Shown here: positions 1 through 9,857 of the stretch, piece by piece
Numbering within the stretch: position 1 is the first letter of the stretch
Layout of the letters: each line of letters begins with the position of its first letter
NCBI GenBank assembly: GCA_021108295.1
Contig: JAIORF010000102.1
Coordinates: forward strand, 226,681-290,680
Source of the DNA: a bacterium
Lineage (GTDB): Bacteria > Patescibacteriota > Dojkabacteria > SC72
Length of the DNA stretch: 64,000 bases
Reading direction: 5' to 3'
Program-made: the position numbers and the translations under genes
Notes under the pieces: model-generated
What the model was told of the DNA's origin: nothing
The model's database searches: none
What the model saw: only the letters and a program-made list of their open reading frames with translations

Positions 1-64
1 TAAAAAAGCTATTTTTATCTGGTATATTATATTAATCATATTTAATCTTATTAAAATAGTCTGA

Positions 65-376
65 ATGAAAAGCACAACCAAGAGTTACAATCTTAATTTA
101 TCAATAACAATAGGTGTTGCTCCTCATCATTTGTCTGATGATGTTGCTATGCTTGATTTGTTAGTAGGTGTTGGAGATGAAAATGATTCAAAATACACGG
201 ATAAAGAGTTTAATAAAATGATTAAGGCAGGTAATGTGATTGTTGCGATGCTGGAAAATGATCCGATTGCTTATGCTGTAGTTAATAAAGGCTCGGTAGA
301 AGATATATATATTTCATATTCATTTAAAAATACAGAAGTTGAATCATTACTAAGAGAGTTTATTATTGAAAAATAG
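65..376 (+). CDS. hypothetical protein (103 aa)
   Basis: ORF in the six-frame track. I recognise no motifs in it. It sits at the window edge just upstream of a convergent gene. Confidence 0.3.
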   Translation: MKSTTKSYNLNLSITIGVAPHHLSDDVAMLDLLVGVGDENDSKYTDKEFNKMIKAGNVIVAMLENDPIAYAVVNKGSVEDIYISYSFKNTEVESLLREFIIEK

Positions 377-384
377 CAGGAAGG

Positions 385-1086
385 CTATTCTTCTCTCTCA
401 AATGATACGCTATAAGTCTGTACAATCGAACATTCTGCAATGTGTTCTTCGTAGGTTCTACTCTCAGTAGAGAGAGTCCCAGTATAAGTTTCTTCGTCAT
501 AGGTATTAATAATTCTATGCATCTTCGAAGTATCATAGATATGTAGTGTATCAACTGCTAAAAATTCTTCCATAGACGCAAATGAAGTTCCATTTCTTAG
601 TAAAAAAGTAGAGGTTGGTTCCCATAGGTTCCAGTCGAGCATTTCTTGACCACAATATAGATCGATTGAAGTATCAAAAGGATTCTTTTTAAGTGCTTCC
701 TCATTACAATATACCTCTTGTAGGTCTGTAGCATGTACTTGGGAAGGATCTTCTGAACTTACAAAGTTTGCAGTGTAATGATATTTGATCTCTTCTGGTC
801 CATGATGTGCTAGTTCTTCACACCAATCCCCTTCTAGGTCTACACATACTCCATTCCTATTAATATTTGAGTCATTTAAGATAAAGGAGTATTGAACATA
901 TACTTGACCACTCTCTTCGACTGTAGCTTCACCGAATATTTCAGTATCATCCGTTGTTATTGTATAGGTTATTTCGTTTTTTTTATTTTTTTTGTCTGAG
1001 GATGGGATTATAATGACAAAGAGTGCAATCAGTATTATGGCAAGAACAATTAGAATTTTCTTGTGCTTCATTATTAATTGTAACAT
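385..1086 (-). CDS. hypothetical membrane-anchored or secreted protein
   Basis: 233-aa ORF with an N-terminal hydrophobic helix (KKILIVLAIILIALFVIIIP) followed by an acidic, Cys-containing extracytoplasmic region. I recognise no catalytic motif. Confidence 0.45.
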   Translation of the reverse strand: MLQLIMKHKKILIVLAIILIALFVIIIPSSDKKNKKNEITYTITTDDTEIFGEATVEESGQVYVQYSFILNDSNINRNGVCVDLEGDWCEELAHHGPEEIKYHYTANFVSSEDPSQVHATDLQEVYCNEEALKKNPFDTSIDLYCGQEMLDWNLWEPTSTFLLRNGTSFASMEEFLAVDTLHIYDTSKMHRIINTYDEETYTGTLSTESRTYEEHIAECSIVQTYSVSFEREE

Positions 1087-1148
1087 TGTTTTGTAGAATT
1101 ATTATATATGATTAAGTATATCAGATATTTGTAGTTGACAAGAAGGAA

Positions 1149-2303
1149 TTAAAGGTCAGAAAGTAGTTTGTCTGGATTGAGTAGATTGTATTCAATTTTA
1201 ACCTTAAGTATTTTCACTACCTTTCGGTTTAGTATTTCTAGATCTATATTTTCGTTCTTTACTTCTTCTACAATATATTTGTATACATCTTTTTGAATAG
1301 TTGGGTACTTGTTACTAAATTTACTGTAGATTAATATATCGTTTCCTGCAAGTAGGGCTTGTTTAGCGATTACCGTATGTTTTTCTATATTATCCAATGC
1401 ATCCATTTCCATATCGTCAGAGATTACAATACCTTCGTAGTTAAGATTGTCTATTAGTCTTTCATTGAGTATCTCATTGGATATGGTAGAGGGTTTAGAG
1501 TCAATATTAGGATATTGTATGTGTCCAACCATTAGAGCATTTACTTTGGTTTGTTCTAGCAATTTACTGAAGGGTTCTATATATTCGTTCCATTGGTTTC
1601 CCTTAATATTTACCACAGGGAGGTTGTAGTGAGAGTCTGGTGAGCTATTAGCGTGTCCTGGGTAGTGTTTGGGTACTGGTATTATTTCTGCTTGTGTATA
1701 CCCTTCTATACTTGAAATACTTTTTTGTAGTACTTCTTCCCTACTTCCTTTGTATACTCTGTCAGAGAGGAAGGAGTTTGTATTGGTGATGTATTCTACG
1801 ACTGGTGCTAGGTTCATATTTATTCCTAAGTTTTTGAGTATTTCTCCTCTCAGGAGAGCAATGTTGTATGCTTCTTGGGGGGTAGAGATAGAGGTTTGGG
1901 ATTTGGTTAGTGTCTTACTCCATTTGATTCTTGCTACACTTCCTCCTTCTTGGTCTATGGAGATGAGGAGTGGTATTGGATTTGTATTTTGTATTTGGTT
2001 TGTGAGTTGTTTAAGTTGTTTTTCAGTAGTAATATTTTTACCTAAGAGTAGTACCCCTCCTAGGTGAGTGTCTTGGAAGAATTGTTTAGTTTGGGTATTG
2101 ATGGTAGTTCCGTCGAAGCCGAAGATGAATAGTTGCCCTACTTTTTGTTCAATGGTCATTTTGTTTAGTATTACCTCTTCTATTGGTTTAAGGGGGATAG
2201 AGGTTGGGTCGAATGGTTTGTAGCTAGGTAGAAAGGATTGTGGGAATATGAGGAAGGTTAGAAGGAAGAGAAAGGTGAGGAATGGTTTGTAGAAGTTTTT
2301 CAT
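1149..2303 (-). CDS. glycoside hydrolase family 3 beta-N-acetylhexosaminidase-like (NagZ-type), secreted
   Basis: It has an N-terminal signal-like hydrophobic segment. It carries GH3 N-terminal domain signatures: HLGGVLLLG resembles the GGVILF motif, KHYPGH resembles KHFPGHG, and there is a downstream acidic D-D/E stretch (ISDDMEMDAL). Confidence 0.6.
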   Translation of the reverse strand: MKNFYKPFLTFLFLLTFLIFPQSFLPSYKPFDPTSIPLKPIEEVILNKMTIEQKVGQLFIFGFDGTTINTQTKQFFQDTHLGGVLLLGKNITTEKQLKQLTNQIQNTNPIPLLISIDQEGGSVARIKWSKTLTKSQTSISTPQEAYNIALLRGEILKNLGINMNLAPVVEYITNTNSFLSDRVYKGSREEVLQKSISSIEGYTQAEIIPVPKHYPGHANSSPDSHYNLPVVNIKGNQWNEYIEPFSKLLEQTKVNALMVGHIQYPNIDSKPSTISNEILNERLIDNLNYEGIVISDDMEMDALDNIEKHTVIAKQALLAGNDILIYSKFSNKYPTIQKDVYKYIVEEVKNENIDLEILNRKVVKILKVKIEYNLLNPDKLLSDL

Positions 2304-2367
2304 GTTTAAGTATATATCATTTTGAGTAGGTTGATTAACAAAGGCTTTTTAATTATAATTAAACATT

Positions 2368-2829
2368 ATGGGGGAAACAGACAGTGAACTAAAAGCTTTT
2401 TGTAAAGGATGTGAGCATGAGAGTAAAAGATTCAACACTTCATTTTATAAAGATGATCCACTTTTGACTAGTATTGAGCAATGGGGTAAAGGAAAGTGGT
2501 TGCAATGTAGGTTCTATCAATTACTGGCTGATTCAGACATTAATTGTGGACCAGACAGTTTTATATTTCATCCGAAGGAAAATCCTGATACTGTGATAAA
2601 ACTTTATCATACTGCTACAAAAGAGAGGATTGAAGGATATCAAAGGTTAACGCTTGATATGGGAAGAATCCTTTCAAAAGGGAGATTAGAGATTGGAGGG
2701 AATGAGTTTACAATTAGGGTGAATCCCATTGATGAAGTAGTTTCTTTATCAAATGGTTGTGTATGTGCAGTTTCTCGGTATATCCCCTTTCAAAACGAGA
2801 AGGATCGAGTAGATTCAACATATTACTGA
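2368..2829 (+). CDS. hypothetical protein (153 aa, several Cys)
   Basis: ORF of plausible coding composition. I recognise no family. Confidence 0.35.
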   Translation: MGETDSELKAFCKGCEHESKRFNTSFYKDDPLLTSIEQWGKGKWLQCRFYQLLADSDINCGPDSFIFHPKENPDTVIKLYHTATKERIEGYQRLTLDMGRILSKGRLEIGGNEFTIRVNPIDEVVSLSNGCVCAVSRYIPFQNEKDRVDSTYY

Positions 2830-2937
2830 CATGATAAATACAATGGAGAATTGTGAATTTCTTTAGGTGAATAATAAGTGAAGTGACAACTATTTCACAT
2901 TGACTATGAATTATAATTAGAGATATACTTCTACAGT

Positions 2938-3618
2938 ATGATTAAGCTCACAGACATCACAAAGGTATATGGTAAGGGTTCTAATGCTTTTCAAGCACTA
3001 AGGGATATTGACTTAGAGATTGGTAAAGGGGAGTTTGTTGCCATTATGGGGGCTTCTGGTAGTGGTAAGTCTACCCTTATGAATATCCTTGGTGTACTAG
3101 ATACCCCTACTTCAGGACAGTATTTCTTTAATAGTGAGAGTGTTGAAGGGTTTAGGGATAGTAAATTGGCTGATTTTAGGAATATGACGGTTGGTTTTGT
3201 GTTTCAGCGATTTAATCTCTTAAACAATATGTCTGTATTTGAGAATGTCGCATTACCTGCTAGATATGCAGGGCTTAGGGATATTAAGAGTAAGGTTGCT
3301 GAGAGTTTAGGGACAGTTGGGATAGAGGATAAGCAGAAGAATATGGCTAATGAGTTGTCTGGTGGTGAGATGCAGAGGGTTGCTATGGCTAGGGCTCTCA
3401 TTATGTCTCCAAGCATAATTATGGCTGATGAGCCTACGGGTAATTTGGATAGTAAGACTGGTGTAGAGATTATGGAGTTAATAGCAGGATTGCATAGGAA
3501 GGGGCATACCATTATCTTAGTTACTCATGATAGGTATGTTGCTAATTATGCAGATCGTATTCTTGAGATAAAGGATGGTGTTATTGTTAAGGATTACGAA
3601 AGGAGTAAAGAATTATGA
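2938..3618 (+). CDS. ABC transporter ATP-binding protein (MacB/LolD-like)
   Basis: It has Walker A (GASGSGKST), the ABC signature (LSGGEMQRVAMARAL) and Walker B (IIMADEPTGNLD). Its stop overlaps the start of the downstream permease gene. Confidence 0.9.
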   Translation: MIKLTDITKVYGKGSNAFQALRDIDLEIGKGEFVAIMGASGSGKSTLMNILGVLDTPTSGQYFFNSESVEGFRDSKLADFRNMTVGFVFQRFNLLNNMSVFENVALPARYAGLRDIKSKVAESLGTVGIEDKQKNMANELSGGEMQRVAMARALIMSPSIIMADEPTGNLDSKTGVEIMELIAGLHRKGHTIILVTHDRYVANYADRILEIKDGVIVKDYERSKEL

Positions 3619-4895
3619 AAGAGGTAAAAAGATTTTTACAAAACATTCGGTTTTCACTTCAGGGTCTTGGTAGTAACAAGATGACTAGTTTTCTTACCTT
3701 ATTGGGTATTGTCATAGGTATTGGGTCTGTAATTGGTCTTATGAGTCTTGGTCAGGGTACACAGGAGAGTATTGTTAGTGATCTGGAGGATTTGGGTACG
3801 GATATTGTTACAATTAGTGCTGGAGCGAATATGTATGATAGTCCCGTTATGTCTGAGAACGCTGATGAGAAGGATTTCAATCAGGGTTTGCAAGAGAAGT
3901 ATAGTGTGGTTGATGAGAGTATCAAATTAACAATAGATGATTACAATTTCTTGGGTGAAGAAGGTATAGAGAATGTAAGGGATGTTTCTTTTACAATCAT
4001 TTCGTTGCAGGATATATATTTAGAGGATGAGGAGAGTGCAGAGTCTTACTCTGTAGTTGGTACCAATACTGATTTGTTTGATATTTATAACTTTGAGTGT
4101 GAGTCTGGTAGTGGGTTTGTACAGGCCGATATTGATGAGGGTAATCTTGTTGCTGTAGTTGGTTCTGAGGTTTTAGAGGAATATGTGGTGGGTGTAGGTG
4201 ATGTTCTTAATATTGGTGGTGTAGAGTTTGAGGTTGTGGGTGTTTTGGTTGAGCAGGAGGATTCTTTGTTGGGTAGTTCTCCTAGTGTAGAGATTTATAT
4301 TCCATTCTCCGTAGTTGATGAGATTGGTGGTGATTCAGATTCAGAGATTCTTACAAGGATTATTCTAAGGGTTGAGGATGATGGGGTGTTGGATCAAACC
4401 ATCTTGGATATTGAGGAGCGTTTGATGGAGTTTAGGGATGTAGAGGAGATGGATTTCTCTATTTTTAGTATTCAGACGTTGGTTGATAGGGTTAGGAGTA
4501 TTACAGAGACTTTTACTTTACTTCTTACTGGTATTGCTGCTATTTCACTTTTAGTTGGGGGTATTGGTATTTCCAATGTTATGTTAATTACTGTGTCTCA
4601 GAGGACTAGGGAGATTGGTATTCGTAAGGCTGTGGGTGGTAGGAGGAGTGATATTTTAGTTCAGTTTTTGTCAGAGGCAGTATTTCTTACATTGATTGGG
4701 GGTGTGGTTGGTATGGGGTTTGGTATATTGATTGGGGATTTAGCAGAGAGGTTTTTAGGTCTTAGTGCTGTTATTACATTAGATTCAGTAATTCTAGCAG
4801 TGGGTATTTCAGTGGGTATTGGTATATTGTTTGGTATATTACCTGCTAACAAAGCTAGTAGGTTAAGTCCAATAGAGGCGTTGAGGTATGAGTAG
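3615..4895 (+). CDS. ABC transporter permease, FtsX/MacB-type
   Basis: 426 aa with an N-terminal TM helix, a large periplasmic domain and a C-terminal cluster of TM helices with FtsX-like topology. It is translationally coupled to the upstream ATPase by a 4-bp overlap. Confidence 0.85.
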   Translation: MKEVKRFLQNIRFSLQGLGSNKMTSFLTLLGIVIGIGSVIGLMSLGQGTQESIVSDLEDLGTDIVTISAGANMYDSPVMSENADEKDFNQGLQEKYSVVDESIKLTIDDYNFLGEEGIENVRDVSFTIISLQDIYLEDEESAESYSVVGTNTDLFDIYNFECESGSGFVQADIDEGNLVAVVGSEVLEEYVVGVGDVLNIGGVEFEVVGVLVEQEDSLLGSSPSVEIYIPFSVVDEIGGDSDSEILTRIILRVEDDGVLDQTILDIEERLMEFRDVEEMDFSIFSIQTLVDRVRSITETFTLLLTGIAAISLLVGGIGISNVMLITVSQRTREIGIRKAVGGRRSDILVQFLSEAVFLTLIGGVVGMGFGILIGDLAERFLGLSAVITLDSVILAVGISVGIGILFGILPANKASRLSPIEALRYE

Positions 4896-4922
4896 GTAGA
4901 TTTAATTTTAGGAGTTTATCTT

Positions 4923-5663
4923 ATGAACAAGAGAGTAGTAATTGGAAGTGTGGTAGTGATTGTGTTGTTGTTAGGAATATTTCTAATTGTTCGTTCTAGT
5001 GATGGGTTTAGTTTGTCTTCGTCTCCCAAGACTACTTCTAAGAGTGTAGGTATTGAGTTAGCTCAAGAGGGGTATATTTCTACTTGGGTATATAGTTCGG
5101 ATGATGGTAGTGTTCATATTAGGTTCTTACCAAATATTAATTTATCTTTAGTTAGTGAGGATTATTCAATTATTCCTACTTCAGTAGAGATTGTTAATGC
5201 TGGGTTTAGTAAAGCACCTAAGGTTGGTAGTTCTTTGAGGTTGTACCCTACTACTTTGTCTAGAGAGGAGACTTGTTTGGGTAATTATTACGAGGGTTGT
5301 GATAGTCCTCTTACAATGGAGGAGTTGGTAGATATGGGTGATAGTGGAACTTTTGTAGTGTCTGAGTCTCCTACTACCTATGGTGAGGTTCCTGAGTATT
5401 TGGGGTCTATTGATTTTTCTATTTATCTTCTTGATGTAGGTAGTTATGATCATGGTGTGATAATGGAGAGGGATGGTACTTTCGATAGTTCTAAGATGTT
5501 GGAGTATAGTGGTATTAGTCTTTCTGATCTTGATTGTACTATTGAGTTTGATGTTGTTGTTAAGCTTAGTGATGGTACACAGGTTAGTAAGCATTTTAAA
5601 GGGGATATTGAGGGTTCTTCTTTAGTAGAGATGTCTTATCAAGGGGAGTTGGGGGTGGAGTAG
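4923..5663 (+). CDS. hypothetical secreted or membrane-anchored protein, possibly ABC-associated
   Basis: 246 aa with an N-terminal TM or signal segment (VVIGSVVVIVLLLGIFLIV). It lies immediately downstream of the ABC pair on the same strand. It has no HlyD-like motifs. Confidence 0.45.
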   Translation: MNKRVVIGSVVVIVLLLGIFLIVRSSDGFSLSSSPKTTSKSVGIELAQEGYISTWVYSSDDGSVHIRFLPNINLSLVSEDYSIIPTSVEIVNAGFSKAPKVGSSLRLYPTTLSREETCLGNYYEGCDSPLTMEELVDMGDSGTFVVSESPTTYGEVPEYLGSIDFSIYLLDVGSYDHGVIMERDGTFDSSKMLEYSGISLSDLDCTIEFDVVVKLSDGTQVSKHFKGDIEGSSLVEMSYQGELGVE

Positions 5664-5709
5664 TGTTGCAAAGTTAGGGGGAGGAAGTCTGTTCTGAAGT
5701 GATTTGTTC

Positions 5710-6492
5710 TTACTCTATTAAATTACCATTTGCCAAGGTCGTTTCTAGTAAGGTTATAACTAGATAGGCCGATGCCATACCTACGAGTAACGGAATATTA
5801 TGCTTCATGCTTTTAGTAGAATGTGTTGTACGAACATTCCGGATTAATCTTGAATTATTAAGACCTCTGAAAAAATCTTTACTTAATCCTCCGAAGCTTA
5901 ATTTAAGCTTCCCGTCATTTTTTTCGTCAATAAGTATTTGTAACTGAGTTCCAATCTCCTTAGAAGCTAAGTCTGGATGTAAATTTAATATAGCACTAAG
6001 AAGAGAATTGGCATTTGAGCATAACCCTTCTGGAGATTTATCATCAAAGGAGGTTTGAAGTGCCTTGAGTAACGAATAAATATGGTTCAGTGAAGGTATT
6101 CTCCCTACTTCTTCAATAAGCCATTTGGGTACTAATTTATGATCCCCTTCTAATTGTTCAAGTCGTACTAACGCTGTACACTTCGCGATTTCTATAGGTA
6201 CAAAGATATGATTACTTAATAGCCCCTCTGTTTTCCCGTTTCTTATTGCTTGTGTCATTCTTTCTTTGTAATGCACAATATTCTTCTGATCATTACGAAC
6301 ATCGAATACAGCTAGAAAATCTTTAATAATGAAATCTGGTAATCCGATGTCTTTGAATAACATTCCTAGATTTGCAGACCACATCATAATCTCTTTTCTA
6401 TCAGGAAATGGTTCAGTTTTAAGATAATTTATCAGATAATTATCTATATTCTCAAGTTGCTCTTTATATCTTTGGATTTGTAATTTAGTCAT
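5710..6492 (-). CDS. hypothetical protein with a C-terminal TM helix and an Rx5H (HEPN-like) motif
   Basis: The ORF track extends to 6546. The likely start is MTKLQ at 6492, 2 nt after the stop of the upstream gene. There is a C-terminal hydrophobic helix (IPLLVGMASAYLVITLL). The RNVRTTH motif fits Rx4-6H. I cannot assign a family. Confidence 0.4.
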   Translation of the reverse strand: MTKLQIQRYKEQLENIDNYLINYLKTEPFPDRKEIMMWSANLGMLFKDIGLPDFIIKDFLAVFDVRNDQKNIVHYKERMTQAIRNGKTEGLLSNHIFVPIEIAKCTALVRLEQLEGDHKLVPKWLIEEVGRIPSLNHIYSLLKALQTSFDDKSPEGLCSNANSLLSAILNLHPDLASKEIGTQLQILIDEKNDGKLKLSFGGLSKDFFRGLNNSRLIRNVRTTHSTKSMKHNIPLLVGMASAYLVITLLETTLANGNLIE

Positions 6493-7036
6493 CAGATTCC
6501 TCTCCATCTTTGAAGTATTTATATGTTGAATCGCCCTTCTCGTCAAAAAGTATGTATATTCCTAATTGATAAGCAAAATCTCCATCCCTTTTTGTGAACA
6601 ATTTCAACTTTTCTATATCAAATTCTTCGGGATTAACTTCTTTATCTTTATCATCGATAGTAATCTTTAACGTTCCATTTGATTTGTTATTATCCTTCTT
6701 CACTTCGATTACTAACAAGTTTTCTTTTGTTCCTCTTTTGTGAATTATAATATCTGGGAAAACTGTTGAACCTTTCACGTCATTGAAAGGGACTTTATTT
6801 TCGGTTTTAATAAAGGGGAGTCTTTTAGGTGTTGGTTCACTTCCAAATCTATTGTATTCACAATCAATATGGAAGTAAGAAAAGGAGGTGTCTTTACTAA
6901 GTATTGTAGCTAATCGGTGAGATATTGTTCTTTCATTAACGTCAAGAGTAAAAAGATTGGATTCGTTTTTAAGCTCTTCACAAGCTCTTCGAACGGCATC
7001 TTTTATTTTTTCATCATCCATATTTAGTCCCTTCAT
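6485..7036 (-). CDS. small PD-(D/E)xK-like nuclease-fold protein (putative)
   Basis: 183 aa. It carries the motif FPDIIIHKRGTKENLLVIEVKK, which is a PD-x14-EVK arrangement typical of restriction-endonuclease-like folds. It is translationally coupled to the downstream gene. Confidence 0.4.
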   Translation of the reverse strand: MKGLNMDDEKIKDAVRRACEELKNESNLFTLDVNERTISHRLATILSKDTSFSYFHIDCEYNRFGSEPTPKRLPFIKTENKVPFNDVKGSTVFPDIIIHKRGTKENLLVIEVKKDNNKSNGTLKITIDDKDKEVNPEEFDIEKLKLFTKRDGDFAYQLGIYILFDEKGDSTYKYFKDGEESDD

Positions 7037-7468
7037 AGAGTAACTATATCAAGAATTTTGAAAATTTAACAGAGTTTGTATGTAATCCTGCTTTCTTTCT
7101 TCATAATGTCATTGAAAGGATGTAAAATATTCAAGAAGTTAAGGTAAGTAACCACTACCTTCTTATCATGCAGTTTAAGTTGGTCTAGTATGTCTATGAT
7201 ACAAGTGAAGATATAATGGGTTGTGTATATGTAATGATTTAACCTACTGATGACGATTGGTATATGGAACCCAATATTGTTTTGTTGAAGATGAAGACGA
7301 TGTCAATGATATTAAAAGTGGAGACAAGATAACTGTCCAAGGACAAGTAGAAGGATTTGATTTATTCAACATAGAGGTTGAAGAGTGTAATATTATATAA
7401 GTTCTACGGACTCTCTGGTGGGGGGAACTCTTCTCCCCATGGACAACTTTTTTGTAGTATAATCAGCT

Positions 7469-8203
7469 ATGCAAAAGAAATATGACAATATCCTTCTGAA
7501 AATTGGTATCGCTTTAGTGTGGAGTATCTGTCTTTATTTCTTTTTTTCCTATATATTTGACCTACTGGTAGAGAAACTTACGTTATCCCAAAGTTCTTTG
7601 ATAATTGATTCTCTCAAAGTTTTAATATCTTTTCCTACTGCTTTACTTATTGCAATACTCTTATTTAAAGAAGAAATCCGAGACCGAATCTTGAATATAA
7701 AATTTACCAAAGTAGGCAATATGGAAGCCGAATTTGGGAAGCAGGGGAAGGAAGTAAGCGAAGCTCAAGATCAAATAGAAAAAGAGACAAAGCACGAAGG
7801 CTTAGTAGTAAATGATGGGCAGATCCAGGTTTCCAAGGAAGCCTTAGAGAATATCGCAAAAGATTTTGATAGCAAGGATAATAAAATAAAAGAGTTTGTG
7901 GAGCTTGCAAGTATTCTCCAAATTCGGGCTCAAAAATTCGAGTTTGCATTTTTAAGCCAATATCTGGTTACTAATTCTCGATTAGCTATTCGTTGGTGCA
8001 AAAAAGAAAATCGTTTTAAGAAAAAAGACTTTTTAAACAACTATATTTTACCCGTGAAAGTTCGAAATGAAGGATTGGAAAAAGAGGTTATTTTTGATAC
8101 TTTAGTAGATGCGGGTCTTATTCAGAAGATTAAAAACGAAGATTTTACAATTTCTGTTAAGGGAGTTCGGTTCTTAGAATTCATTGGTTTGAAGGCACAG
8201 TAG
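7469..8203 (+). CDS. hypothetical membrane protein (2 N-terminal TM helices plus a charged, coiled cytoplasmic domain)
   Basis: 244-aa ORF. The TM segments lie around residues 10-30 and 45-66. The remainder is Lys/Glu-rich. I recognise no family. Confidence 0.4.
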   Translation: MQKKYDNILLKIGIALVWSICLYFFFSYIFDLLVEKLTLSQSSLIIDSLKVLISFPTALLIAILLFKEEIRDRILNIKFTKVGNMEAEFGKQGKEVSEAQDQIEKETKHEGLVVNDGQIQVSKEALENIAKDFDSKDNKIKEFVELASILQIRAQKFEFAFLSQYLVTNSRLAIRWCKKENRFKKKDFLNNYILPVKVRNEGLEKEVIFDTLVDAGLIQKIKNEDFTISVKGVRFLEFIGLKAQ

Positions 8204-8333
8204 ATGAAGAGTAATATATTACAGCTTCTTTCTAACTAAAGTTTGCTTCTCGAAGTTATGAGTTAATTTATGAACTAGGGAGGGGTATAAGCTTTAACGG
8301 TGTATATGGAGGAATGTTTATAAACATTGGTAT

Positions 8334-9122
8334 ATGATTACAAAAGAACTACATACACAAATTCAAAACTTAGATACTAAGTATTGGGATCGACGAGTGT
8401 CTTTTGCTTTTGATAAAATCAACACCTATAAAAAGCTTGCAAACAAATCTCCCTTCATCATAGATCTCTATACTTCATATTTACAGTTGATTGAGATATT
8501 CTTGCTAAACACATTGTCCTTATTGAAGTTGAGCTGGGTAATTGTGTTTATTAAAAATCACGAGTTAAGAGACTTAGTAAAAAAAACGTTTTATAAAGAT
8601 TATTCAAAAAAACGTTTTGATAGAGAACTTATATCCAATTTAATTAACAATCTAGTTCTTGGAAAGAAGGGTACTGTTAGGTTAAAAGATCGAAAGGGAA
8701 AACTATCTTCATATTCTATGTTTCTACAAGAAGTCATTACAGATTATTTAGCAGACTACGATTTGCTAAATGCTTTTAAACATGGATATAGGGTACAAGG
8801 ATCTGGTGAGAATAGTATCAGTATCACTCCAACAGGCTCAACCAAGTCTTTTATACTTAGTGAATTCACGGCATCAATTGTGTATCTTTCTAAGGAGAAG
8901 CAGACTATTTATGAAATGAGTGTTGCATTTAACTATGAAAGAATTTACTTAAAAAGCCAATACCTAATTAATATGTTAGAAAATATGAAGGAAATTGAAA
9001 GTGCAATTTATGGGAAAAGACCAATCACTACTTTGAATCATTTTATCATAACCGATAAGGCTAAAATAAGAAGTTCTTTTGGAGTTTCTAGATGGAAAAC
9101 TCCTAAATATGAAATTAATTAA
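8334..9122 (+). CDS. hypothetical protein (262 aa)
   Basis: Soluble ORF immediately upstream of tRNA-His. I recognise no motifs. Confidence 0.4.
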   Translation: MITKELHTQIQNLDTKYWDRRVSFAFDKINTYKKLANKSPFIIDLYTSYLQLIEIFLLNTLSLLKLSWVIVFIKNHELRDLVKKTFYKDYSKKRFDRELISNLINNLVLGKKGTVRLKDRKGKLSSYSMFLQEVITDYLADYDLLNAFKHGYRVQGSGENSISITPTGSTKSFILSEFTASIVYLSKEKQTIYEMSVAFNYERIYLKSQYLINMLENMKEIESAIYGKRPITTLNHFIITDKAKIRSSFGVSRWKTPKYEIN

Positions 9123-9168
9123 CAATGAAAGAATCACAGAAGGATATTTCGGACAGCGATTTAACACA

Positions 9169-9246
9169 TGGGGTGGATGATGGGGCTTGAACCCACAACC
9201 CTCGGTTCCACAAACCGATGCTCTAACCAGTTGAGCTACATCCACC
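9169..9246 (-). tRNA. tRNA-His (anticodon GTG) with encoded G-1 and CCA
   Basis: Reverse complement reads G-GTGGATG TA GCTC AACTGGTTA GAGC A TCGGT TTGTGGA ACCGA GGGTT GTGGG TTCAAGC CCCAT CATCCAC C CCA. This folds as a cloverleaf with anticodon GUG and an extra 5' G paired to C73. Confidence 0.8.
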
Positions 9247-9277
9247 ATAACCTGTCATTATATCACAAAAATATACC

Positions 9278-9735
9278 CTACTCCTTAAGATAATCTTCTA
9301 ATTCCTTCTCCCAACTAAGTAAACTCCTCTTACTAACATCAGACAACTTCATACCCAAAGCCTCCTCAAAAGACACCCACTTAAAATCTTGATGCTCAAA
9401 AGAAAGTCTTACCTTCTCTGTATCTGATTTATACAAACCAACTAACCTAATATATGGAATCCCCTTATATCTAGAAGAAGTAGCCATATCACTCATATAG
9501 GACACAAGAGGTCTTAAAGGATAAACAAATATACCAGCCTCTTCCATTACCTCCCTCTCTATTGCATCTCCTAGATCCTGACCAATATCAAGCTTACCAC
9601 CTGGGATTTCCCAAAGATTAGCCTCATGAACATCATCCTTACTTCTTTGTATTAGGAGTATCTTTGATTTAAAAAGAACAATAGCTCTTACTACGAGAAG
9701 AACTCTTGGTCTAGATTCAATAGCTTTATTCATAC
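9278..9735 (-). CDS. NUDIX hydrolase
   Basis: It has a NUDIX box, GGKLDIGQDLGDAIEREVMEEAGI (GX5EX7REUXEEXGU). The ORF track extends the N-terminus to 9991. The likely start is MNKAIES at 9735. Confidence 0.7.
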
Positions 9736-9857
9736 TAAATATGATATCAGAAGATGTGTTGATTAGAAAGATACAGCCAATACACGAACCACAATGCACT
9801 ATAGGCCCTACTTGTGCTATAATTACACAATATATCAATGTTGTATAACTTGGTTTA

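Noticed and set aside
3204-3512. Antisense or embedded ORFs from the track lying inside well-supported genes. These include 3204-3512, 3699-3893, 4661-4852, 5181-5594, 11592-12191, 13246-13656, the many 60-115-aa ORFs inside the giant protein gene, 26480-26872, 29111-29902, 32324-33286, 36298-36772, 38024-38305, 42408-42683, 52475-52948 and 54077-54430
   Set aside because: They overlap longer ORFs that have strong homology-based support on the other strand or frame. Their translations are low-complexity and motif-free. They are treated as frame-shadow artefacts.
7037-7468. Possible small gene or gene remnant in the 430-bp gap (short ORF fragments, a GGGGA..TCCCC hairpin near 7410-7435)
   Set aside because: There is no ORF over about 30 codons with a plausible start, and I recognise no RNA-family motif. 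It is more likely divergent promoter or terminator space, or decayed sequence. It is noted only as context for the island hypothesis.
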